Source: a bacterium | GTDB lineage: Bacteria; Zhuqueibacterota; Zhuqueibacteria; Oceanimicrobiales; Oceanimicrobiaceae | Direction: 5' to 3' | Assembly: GCA_037446635.1 (NCBI GenBank) | Contig: JBBIIG010000025.1 | Coordinates: forward strand, 1 to 58,334 | DNA length: 58,334 nt | Shown here: one piece after another, positions 29,029-37,258 of the stretch | Position numbering within the stretch: the first letter of the stretch is position 1 | Layout of the letters: each line of letters begins with the position of its first letter | Translations under genes and position numbers: made by a program | The notes under the pieces: generated by a model | What the model saw: only the letters and a program-made list of their open reading frames with translations | Told to the model about the DNA's origin: nothing | Database searches by the model: none

Positions 29029-30321
29029 ATGAAATTAGCAAGCGCTGTTGTGGTCCTTACTCTTCTTGTTACCATCGGCGCCAGCTTCCATGCGCTGGCT
29101 CAATCAGAAGAGGGGCAGGTCTTTCAATTAATCAGGGGGATCGATACGAAAGTCATCAATTTGTACGTGTTGACCGAGCAGTTTCACTTCGGCACGGCCA
29201 CCATCAAGCTCACCCTGGATGGCTCGGGCAATGTCGCAGGGTTGCCTCAGGTCGAAGAGGATGCGGCCCGCCGCGGCAAGGAGGCCTTTGCTGAGGCGCT
29301 GGTGAATATCATGAGCTCGTGGAAATTTACTCCCGGGGCGAGCGGCCCGATGTATGTCACCGTGGCGGTCCCCAGCGAAGGAGAAGCGGAAACTGAGGGT
29401 AAAATCGCCAGCATTTCCGTTGATTTGAAAAGCCTGGCTTTGGCGGAAGGCCTCACCATTGGATTGGAAAAACCCCAGGTGCTGGGACTGGTGGCGCAGG
29501 AGGGATTTTATGACAATGTTTATTTGGCCGGCGCGCCACCCAAGGTCATCGAAGCTTATGAAAAAAAGGGATACGTATTTCTTGGTGGTGTTTGGGGGAA
29601 GCTCGGTCCGTTTTTCCAGGTTGTTTTTACGATTTTGTTTTTAGGCCTGGTGGGAACGTTAGTTTGGTCTTGGAAAAAAGTTTTCCGGCCCTGGGAACCA
29701 ACGATCAAGGGGCAATCCGGTGGGTTGCTTTTTTGGAGCCGAAAAAAAGCGAAGCGTAATGGATTTGAGAGCGAACCGGCCAAGCAAATCGAAGAACTGT
29801 GGATTAAAGCCATTCACAACAGCCAGAATGGGGACGATTGGGATAACGGTGGAAAGCCGCATATCATTGGGGCCCTTGAGATCTGCAAACAGCAGAAAGA
29901 GAACTACCCGTTGTTTGAGATTTTCGAGTCCGGACTTCAAAATCATCTGGTTAATGGCAACAAGTGGTGGACGTCTCAGGAGGTCGATCGCGCGGTGGAT
30001 CGCACCGCCGCCATCCGAGTTGAAGAGCGTCGCGGACCTTTGGACTGGCTTTGGGCGATTGGCAGCTTGAGCCCACTCTTTGGATTGTTCGGAACCGTCT
30101 GGGGCATCTCGCAGGCGTTTGGCAAAATCAAAGGTGTAACCGATACCCGTCTTTTGATGCAAAAGCTGGCGGGTGACATCAACATTGCCCTCTCCACCAC
30201 TATTGTGGGTTTGTTGTTGGCGGTGCCGGCTTTCATTTTTTACTACTATTTCAAATACCGGGTCGATAACGATGCCACCAGAATTGAGCGCTATTTTGGA
30301 GAGATTACTAATCGTGCTTAA
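29029..30321 (+). CDS. ExbB/TolQ family protein with N-terminal TonB-C-like periplasmic domain
   Basis: ATG 29029 follows GAGGAGAGG. IKLTLDGSGNV...IMSSWKFTPG. ExbB motif SPLFGLFGTVWGISQAF...AGDINIALSTTIVGL. Confidence 0.82.
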   Translation: MKLASAVVVLTLLVTIGASFHALAQSEEGQVFQLIRGIDTKVINLYVLTEQFHFGTATIKLTLDGSGNVAGLPQVEEDAARRGKEAFAEALVNIMSSWKFTPGASGPMYVTVAVPSEGEAETEGKIASISVDLKSLALAEGLTIGLEKPQVLGLVAQEGFYDNVYLAGAPPKVIEAYEKKGYVFLGGVWGKLGPFFQVVFTILFLGLVGTLVWSWKKVFRPWEPTIKGQSGGLLFWSRKKAKRNGFESEPAKQIEELWIKAIHNSQNGDDWDNGGKPHIIGALEICKQQKENYPLFEIFESGLQNHLVNGNKWWTSQEVDRAVDRTAAIRVEERRGPLDWLWAIGSLSPLFGLFGTVWGISQAFGKIKGVTDTRLLMQKLAGDINIALSTTIVGLLLAVPAFIFYYYFKYRVDNDATRIERYFGEITNRA

Positions 30322-30331
30322 GGGTCAAAAT

Positions 30332-31561
30332 ATGTTCAAAAAAGTTTTGCCGATTTTGGCGATCAGCTTGGGGGCTATCTTCGGGGGAGGGCTACACGGT
30401 CAGATACCAGCGCAGGATTCGTGTCTGGTCAGCTTTTCACAAGTGGATTTTATCCAGCGCCCGAGTCCGGCGGTGAAGTTAGCTTGGAATCTTTACGGGA
30501 AAGCGCCGGGGCAGGACTATTTCGAGGAAATCGTCGATTCAACCCTGCAATATATCTTGACCATAAATGACGAGCCCATCGTGGTACGCGGTAACAGTTT
30601 TGTTTATGAAAAAAATCTCAGCCCCGGTTTAGTGTATCGTTGTCACATTGCGCTCTTTCCGAATCAAGCCAATTATCAGGATGTTACTGAGTATGTGAAT
30701 GACAAGGAAAGCAAAAAATATAAGGAGAGCAAAAAATATAATGAAGCACAATTTAGGTTGGTCATCACAAAGAGCGGGCTTGAATGGGTATGGTTACGGG
30801 AGTGGTGGAAACATGTGAAGGATTTTTTTGACTACGGCCGCGTGCTTGGCATCGCGCACATCCTGACTTTTGTTTTCATAATTGGATTAATCTGTTTCTT
30901 GTTCTATTTTGTTAAGCTCTTTTGCCTGCCCAAGAACTGGAGCCGCTATATTCTAAAGTCAGCGAAAGAGTTTGATAATGGACGCAATCATACTTCCCAT
31001 AAGGGGCCAATTGCCAAAGTTGAGGAAGCTCTCACCCAAAAATTAGAAATGTACGACATGAAAAACACGGAGACGATAGCTGATGATGAAGACTCTCACA
31101 AATTGAAACGCATTGAGAATTCTCTTAAGGATAGCATAGCGGCGGAGCTCAGAGGAATTATAACTATTGACTTGAGTCGTTTGCCAGGGCGCAGATGGAA
31201 GAAGGCGGTGGATTTCTTCTTCTCTATAGAACATTTTTGGCATTTTGGAGTGATTGCGCCGTTTTTGGGTTTGTTGGGAACGGTGACCGGCATTAGCAAA
31301 GCCTTCGGCACGGTTAGTATTTTAACCAATCTGACCGAGCTCAAAAATGTACTGAACAAGCTGTCCAGCGGGATCAACGAGGCGCTTTACACTACCATTG
31401 GCGGGCTGATCGTGGGCATCTTTTTCGTTGGCGTCTACTATCTTTTCGTTTGGCGTCTTGAGGAAATTCGCAAGGCCCTGGACAAGGCGTGCGACCTCAT
31501 CATGAAAAAAGTTGAGAGGAGAGAATACTTTTATGCCAGCAAGATTTTACGAACGCCGTGA
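30332..31561 (+). CDS. ExbB/TolQ family protein with N-terminal FN3-like periplasmic domain
   Basis: Signal peptide from ATG 30332. VKLAWN...NLSPGLVYRC. APFLGLLGTVTGISKAF...SSGINEALYTTIGGL. Confidence 0.85.
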   Translation: MFKKVLPILAISLGAIFGGGLHGQIPAQDSCLVSFSQVDFIQRPSPAVKLAWNLYGKAPGQDYFEEIVDSTLQYILTINDEPIVVRGNSFVYEKNLSPGLVYRCHIALFPNQANYQDVTEYVNDKESKKYKESKKYNEAQFRLVITKSGLEWVWLREWWKHVKDFFDYGRVLGIAHILTFVFIIGLICFLFYFVKLFCLPKNWSRYILKSAKEFDNGRNHTSHKGPIAKVEEALTQKLEMYDMKNTETIADDEDSHKLKRIENSLKDSIAAELRGIITIDLSRLPGRRWKKAVDFFFSIEHFWHFGVIAPFLGLLGTVTGISKAFGTVSILTNLTELKNVLNKLSSGINEALYTTIGGLIVGIFFVGVYYLFVWRLEEIRKALDKACDLIMKKVERREYFYASKILRTP

Positions 31562-32282
31562 GCGCCGGGAGCCGGAGAAGACGCCGCTCATCGACGTAAT
31601 TTTTCTGCTCCTGATTTTCTTTTTTGTTACGGTGGTGGGGTTGGATGTGAGCCACAAACCCACTCGTGGGGCAAGAAGCAGCGGCACCCAGAAAAAGCTC
31701 GATCTGCTGCCGATGATCAATCCGCCGGAAACCGCTCCCGCGGAGCTGAGTGAGGTGGTTTTGATTCAAGTGCAGCCGGGCAACGCCCTCAATGCCAGCC
31801 AAATCGGCGAGCTAAATGTTCTGATCGATCAGGCGAATAACTTGCCGGGCAGGCCCTTCGGCATTTACCCGCAGATTTCGCCCGATAATTTTTTGATTTT
31901 AGTATTTGATGAAAAGTATGCCGACATCGACTTCATACCCAAATTCATCGGTGATCTGCGCGAGGCATTGAAAGTTTACCGGCCGGAGGCTCCAGACACA
32001 CTTGCGGGGAAGATTCGGCAGCTTATGGATCAATATCTTCCCATCAACCTGCCGAAACGAGGGGTTGATAATTTTACTACACTCTATAAGCCGTCTATAG
32101 ACACGTTGCGCGAACGGGTGAGACGCTATTTTCAAAATAGACGCGAGCGCGAAATTCACATTCGAATGGATAAGGAAGTGTATGTTAAGTTTATCGGTGA
32201 ACTCTATGAAATTTGTAACGAGCAAAACATTGACGTCGAGCACCTTAAGTTCCGCGTTCTCGAACAACGAATTACTTCATAA
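31533..32282 (+). CDS. ExbD/TolR family protein
   Basis: TPLIDVIFLLLIFFFV with conserved Asp. IHIRMDKEVYVKFIGELYEIC. Confidence 0.85.
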   Translation: MPARFYERRERREPEKTPLIDVIFLLLIFFFVTVVGLDVSHKPTRGARSSGTQKKLDLLPMINPPETAPAELSEVVLIQVQPGNALNASQIGELNVLIDQANNLPGRPFGIYPQISPDNFLILVFDEKYADIDFIPKFIGDLREALKVYRPEAPDTLAGKIRQLMDQYLPINLPKRGVDNFTTLYKPSIDTLRERVRRYFQNRREREIHIRMDKEVYVKFIGELYEICNEQNIDVEHLKFRVLEQRITS

Positions 32283-32298
32283 CCGATGAGTCAAACCC

Positions 32299-32886
32299 AT
32301 GTCGAAAGCAAATCGAATCGAAGCAACCAAAAAAATTGAGTTGGTGCCGCTGATCGATGTGATATTTCTGCTGTTGATCTTTTTTTTGGTGACGCTGAAC
32401 ATCATCCCCATTCTCACCCGCAAGGAGATGCGCGAGTCGCAATTCCCGGTGGAGGTGATTACCGCCGAAGATGCGGCGCGGGTGGATATGTTGATTCAGC
32501 TCCACCAGTTTCCGGATGACAGGTTCAACCGCGTCTTTTATTTTACCATCGATGGCGACCTGCCCTGGCTGGGGAGGCCGGAAATGACGGGGGTGTTAGA
32601 GAGAATCCCGGAATTTGCCCGGTCGATCTCCACCTTAGGCGCATTGCGGACGCGCTTTCCGGGGCATTTTTTTGAACGTCCCGAACAAATTCCCTATCCC
32701 AAAAACGGGGAAGTGATCATCAGCGCCAGTGAGTGGGTGCCTTATGAACGATTGTTCGAGGTAATTCAGGGATGCGATCGCCGGGGGGTTAGTAAGAAAC
32801 ACTGTGTCGTGGGCTCATTTGAAGAACTGCAGGATAAAATTAGACCCACGCCGCCGGAACAAATTGTCGAAAAGTATGAGCATTGA
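32299..32886 (+). CDS. ExbD/TolR family protein (second)
   Basis: IELVPLIDVIFLLLIFFLV. VIISASEWVPYERLFEVIQGC. Shares CV.G..E with 12219-12791. Confidence 0.85.
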   Translation: MSKANRIEATKKIELVPLIDVIFLLLIFFLVTLNIIPILTRKEMRESQFPVEVITAEDAARVDMLIQLHQFPDDRFNRVFYFTIDGDLPWLGRPEMTGVLERIPEFARSISTLGALRTRFPGHFFERPEQIPYPKNGEVIISASEWVPYERLFEVIQGCDRRGVSKKHCVVGSFEELQDKIRPTPPEQIVEKYEH

Positions 32887-32901
32887 AAATGTAGAGGTTC
32901 T

Positions 32902-33585
32902 ATGAGAAAGAAAATCGTGACGCCACGCCGCTGGCGATGGCCTGTGCTGGGTTTGGCGCTGGTGGCGCTGCAGTGTGGAAAATCCACATTGACGGTGGAG
33001 CCCATTCAGCTTGATACCTATTTCGCCCACAAACGAGTTGGGGTGCAAAGCATCAGCATCGAGCAGAGCCGCGTCATTCGCTATTTCGGCTTTCTGGGGG
33101 TTGCTTCGCACCCGGCGCGATTTGATTTGAACAAAGTAAAAGAGTTGGGAGGGAAGCCGGGCTACACCAATCAAATATCTTTAGAAATTCAAAACGGGCG
33201 AATAGTGGGCCGGCCAATTATCCGGGGCACGCTTGAACCGAAAGTCGATACCTACATCAGCGATATTGTCAGCCGTTGGCAAAACAGCGACGGCCCGCGC
33301 TTTACGGATTTTGTTGAACGGCTGAGCATGAAAATTATCCTTGATCAAAAGGGTACGATTCAAGTCGAATATAACGACCTGCAGGTAACGCAACCGGAGC
33401 AGCCATCGGAAGCCTACCGTTTTTTCAACCACGTGAGCCGGGATCCGGCTAAGATGCGTTTTGTGCTGCCCGTTAACGGGTTCAACATTACCGCGGTCAA
33501 AACGACGCAAGCGGTGGATAGACAAATTCAGACCCTGAATTCGCAATTGGCAAGATGGCGTCGGCAGCCCATGCCGGCTGGTTAA
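32902..33585 (+). CDS. Divergent TonB-C-like protein, possibly a lipoprotein; positional paralog of 12788-13381
   Basis: LALVALQC N-terminus. SHPARFDLN...YISDIVSRW aligns with RHPLPLDWN...YIHKILSTW. Confidence 0.55.
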   Translation: MRKKIVTPRRWRWPVLGLALVALQCGKSTLTVEPIQLDTYFAHKRVGVQSISIEQSRVIRYFGFLGVASHPARFDLNKVKELGGKPGYTNQISLEIQNGRIVGRPIIRGTLEPKVDTYISDIVSRWQNSDGPRFTDFVERLSMKIILDQKGTIQVEYNDLQVTQPEQPSEAYRFFNHVSRDPAKMRFVLPVNGFNITAVKTTQAVDRQIQTLNSQLARWRRQPMPAG

Positions 33586-33612
33586 AGAAACATTCAACAT
33601 TGGAACGAAGTT

Positions 33613-36600
33613 ATGAAAATTACTTCCAAGAGACTGCGAAACTTCCTTTTAATTGTCGGCGCGAGCCTGTTGATTCCAGCGCCGAGGGCACATGCCCAAA
33701 CGATTTATGAGCGCTTAGAAAACCGCGTTATGGACTCGGTCAACCAGTTTCGCAGTGACCCCAAGAGCTTGAACCCCAACAGCGCACAAGCGTTGATTGA
33801 TTCTTTAGAAAGTTACACACCGCGGGAAGCGATTGAGCGCTTTACAATACCTTATTACTCCGGATATTTGCATTACATTCTGGCCTTGCGTCAGAATAGT
33901 GCTGCGATATTGGAGCGCGCGCGTCAAAAGTTTGAAGACGCTTATCAAGCCTACGCCGATACGATTCAATTGCCGGAGCGTAAAGTTTTTGCCAGATACA
34001 TGAAAGCTTGGTGCACCTTAAGAAAATTTTTGCTTTCACCCAATTTGGATTCCGTTGGTTTTCTGGATGAGGCTAATCGCGAGTTTGATGAAATAGTTCG
34101 CAGAGAAAATCACGCCACAAAATTGCGCAATGATATTTATTTTCTTAAAGGCTTCTGCAATTTTCTCTTTTGTTATGAAAAATTTAAGAATCGAGAAATC
34201 GCTGAAGCGAAGCTGGAATCGGCGATCGCTGATTTTGAACGGGTTCCGGAAGGGCAGGGCGATCTCAGCCACTTGGGTCAGTTTTATGCCGCCGCCGCTC
34301 ACTACCTGCGCGCCCAATACCGGATTTTGACTTATCTGTTACAGGGACAGCCCATTCCAACCAACACCAAACCTGATTTTGACTCCACTCAAAAAAATTT
34401 CAATAAACTCACTACGGAAAACAACTGGCAAACGCCAGCTATCTTGGCTGACGATCTGTCTCGATTACAAACCGCCACGCTCTCCGATTCTCCCCCTCGT
34501 CCAGAGAACTTGATACTCAGCAGCATGACGGGCGAATTGATTAACCTGCTGACAGAATATGCGTTTGCGCTCATTTTTTTTAGGACAGATGAAAACTTAG
34601 GGGATGCGAGTGGGGCTGGCGAAAGAATGTTTTGGAATGATTTAAAATCCTATTTGCTGTATCTTAACAACCAGTCCCCTCCGCCACCATTTCAGAACCT
34701 CCAAATTTCGGATTGGCGCGCTCCCTCTTTGGCCGCAACCGCGGCTTTCTATCGTCGAGAAATCGCCGTCCTGAATAATCGATCGCTGGATTCTTCGCCG
34801 GACAGCTTATTGCTCATGCCATTCCATCGGCAAAGAAATTGGTTTTTGGAGATTTATTCTCGTCTGAAGAATGAGTTAAGAAAAAGCGAAACCGGTTATG
34901 AGTTATCGAGATTTTCGGGCAGTGATGGTGTGAGAGGATTGGTTGGCGACGAGTTTATTATGAATCAAGTGAATCAATTCTATCGAAATAACTTTCAAAA
35001 CAACCATGATCGCGTGTTCGATTTTGCCAACTACCTTTTGACGCTTGCCGAAAAGAATAATCGACTTTACCCCGTGGCCTATCTATCCTACGAATACTTG
35101 CGGCGAAGAAATTATCAGCCCCAAAAAATGACTCTGCTGAAAGCCTACTGCGAATACAAGTTTGGCGATTATAATCAAGTCACAACTTTGTTGAGCGACG
35201 CGGTCATCGGCGAGTTTGATGCTCCTGTTAAGAATGAGGCGATTTACCACCGTGCCATGGCTTATGCTAAAATAGGCGATTGGAGCAGTCAAATGATAGC
35301 TGATCTTGAAAAAATAAAAAATAGCCATCCATACGCTGGTTATAAGTTAGGGTGGGAACGGGATGTAAATAATCCCGACTGCAATTTACTGAATCAAGTT
35401 TACACACAATCTAGGGGAGACGCCCGGTTTGCCAAAATAACCAAAGCCTGTGAAGATATCCCTAAAGAGAGATGTACCATTGCACTGGTTTCCACTCCTC
35501 CGGCGGTTATCGTTGGCGATGATGATGTCCGATTTGAGTATTTAAATGAAAGCTTAGACCGCTTCCGAGCAGCGGAACGTCAGTTTCTCTCCCACTTTTG
35601 GCAGGTGTTTTCGCTGCCAATTCTTCGGCCTATGCCGGTTTTAGACGTGGCTGAGAATTGCCCTATTTTGGGACCCAAAGAATTTGATTTGGAACAGGAA
35701 ATCAACGTCCATCTGGTATTGGGGCACGACGGTTACGCGAAGCAAGTCGTTATGTTCAGTGAAAACATCGGGCCTCTGATTGATACAACCATAACGGAGG
35801 CCAGACTGCGGGTACCAGCGTTGGCCTTGCGTCCGTACACCATCATGGTTGGGATAAAGGGGTATTTCCCGGCTGTTCTTGAAACGTCGTTTAAGCGCAA
35901 CGAAGATACCATCACCCTACAATACGACGAAGCCAAGATTGTGTCGCCCAAGAGCGCCCCGGATGTTCTTGGACTAACGGTAGATATGGAGGGGGGATTT
36001 TATCTTGCCTCCAGGAATGGGGAGTCCGGCGTGCGAATCTACGATGGCGGAGGCAGGCCGCTAAGCGACTCGGAAGGAAATTATCATGCCATGACCGCTA
36101 TCGGTGAAAATTACTACGTCGTGGATCGCTCGTTAAATAAAATTAGAGTATTTAACAAGGACAGAAAGAAACTTGAGAATCTCCCGAATTTTGACGAGAG
36201 CCTATTGCACAGCCCGAGCGATATCGCCGCTATTGGCAACGAGTTATTCATCGCCAACAGCGGCAACTACAGCGTGGTTAAGTACAATGTCGAAACTGCT
36301 ACGACACAGACTTATAAATTGAGTGGGTTAGGTAGAATCGAGGGGCTGGCAGTGTTACCGGGCAAGGTGTTTTTAGCGGACTGGCTGAACAACTCCATTT
36401 ATTCCTCGAATCATGATTTCTCGGAAATCAAGGAGTTCCTTTGTCTAGAAAGGGCGCGAGAAGAAGGCATGATCGCCCCCGGTAGAATATCTGTGGTTGA
36501 TGACGATCATATCATCGTTTCCGATGTGCTCGCCAATAAGTTGTTTTTATTCCACCGCAGCGGAGTTCTCATCGAGTCGTTCGCACTCGCAAGCGATGTT

Positions 36601-36786
36601 TATCTTCCGAGCATGGTAACGATGACCAAAACCAAGCTCTCGGTTTGCCACGGCACGGGAATGAGCGAATATTCTTTGCAGCCGAACATCTCATTTAGCA
36701 AAGAGTTGCCCCGCTGCAAAAATGTGGATCCCGACGCCCCTCGCCGGACGTCTTCTGTTAGCGGCGCTAGCCGATTTTGTTTTTAG
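33613..36786 (+). CDS. Exported TPR + NHL beta-propeller protein; paralog of 13386-16571
   Basis: Signal peptide. ARYMKAWC corresponds to ARYKLAWS. LHSPSDIAAIGNELFIANSGNYSV. Nearly the same length (1057 vs 1061 aa). Confidence 0.78.
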   Translation: MKITSKRLRNFLLIVGASLLIPAPRAHAQTIYERLENRVMDSVNQFRSDPKSLNPNSAQALIDSLESYTPREAIERFTIPYYSGYLHYILALRQNSAAILERARQKFEDAYQAYADTIQLPERKVFARYMKAWCTLRKFLLSPNLDSVGFLDEANREFDEIVRRENHATKLRNDIYFLKGFCNFLFCYEKFKNREIAEAKLESAIADFERVPEGQGDLSHLGQFYAAAAHYLRAQYRILTYLLQGQPIPTNTKPDFDSTQKNFNKLTTENNWQTPAILADDLSRLQTATLSDSPPRPENLILSSMTGELINLLTEYAFALIFFRTDENLGDASGAGERMFWNDLKSYLLYLNNQSPPPPFQNLQISDWRAPSLAATAAFYRREIAVLNNRSLDSSPDSLLLMPFHRQRNWFLEIYSRLKNELRKSETGYELSRFSGSDGVRGLVGDEFIMNQVNQFYRNNFQNNHDRVFDFANYLLTLAEKNNRLYPVAYLSYEYLRRRNYQPQKMTLLKAYCEYKFGDYNQVTTLLSDAVIGEFDAPVKNEAIYHRAMAYAKIGDWSSQMIADLEKIKNSHPYAGYKLGWERDVNNPDCNLLNQVYTQSRGDARFAKITKACEDIPKERCTIALVSTPPAVIVGDDDVRFEYLNESLDRFRAAERQFLSHFWQVFSLPILRPMPVLDVAENCPILGPKEFDLEQEINVHLVLGHDGYAKQVVMFSENIGPLIDTTITEARLRVPALALRPYTIMVGIKGYFPAVLETSFKRNEDTITLQYDEAKIVSPKSAPDVLGLTVDMEGGFYLASRNGESGVRIYDGGGRPLSDSEGNYHAMTAIGENYYVVDRSLNKIRVFNKDRKKLENLPNFDESLLHSPSDIAAIGNELFIANSGNYSVVKYNVETATTQTYKLSGLGRIEGLAVLPGKVFLADWLNNSIYSSNHDFSEIKEFLCLERAREEGMIAPGRISVVDDDHIIVSDVLANKLFLFHRSGVLIESFALASDVYLPSMVTMTKTKLSVCHGTGMSEYSLQPNISFSKELPRCKNVDPDAPRRTSSVSGASRFCF

Positions 36787-36788
36787 TA

Positions 36789-36983
36789 TTATATTGGAAA
36801 ACTGATTAACAAAAATAACGCCACGGTGATTCCGATACCAATAACCAAAAACTTGCGGACTCCAATAATAGCGAGCGCGGGTATTTTTCGCTGGAGTTCA
36901 ACCCACATGGGCAGTACCAGTGAAAGGAGTGATAAGATGATAAGTCCTCCAATGACAACATTACCTACGATTGTTTGCAGCAT
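36789..36983 (-). CDS. Small two-TM membrane protein
   Basis: AAGGAAGG precedes ATG at 36983. Two hydrophobic helices. Confidence 0.45.
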   Translation of the reverse strand: MLQTIVGNVVIGGLIILSLLSLVLPMWVELQRKIPALAIIGVRKFLVIGIGITVALFLLISFPI

Positions 36984-37258
36984 AGCCCTTCCTTCATTTG
37001 TGTTGAGTGGCCCTGGACGCCAGCGCAATTACCATGATGAAATTTTTACTTACTAAATGGTAATTGGCGTTCTCTTAGCGCCTGTTAATTAGCTTTGAAC
37101 TAAAAAAACGATTAACTATCGGCAGGAATTGTGCCATTGTTTACTGATGAAACACCTGAACTTTATTTCTCGGAAATTTGTCGTAAAAACTGTATCAAAT
37201 TGAGAAACCATCTCATTTTTGTAACAGAGGGAGATTTGGTGAGAGGAGGTCGAGCGCT

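Noticed and set aside
37141..37200. Possible ECF promoter (GAACTT...CGTA) upstream of the VWA genes
   Set aside because: Spacing does not fit AAC-N16/17-CGT, and no matching motif was found before other genes of the locus.
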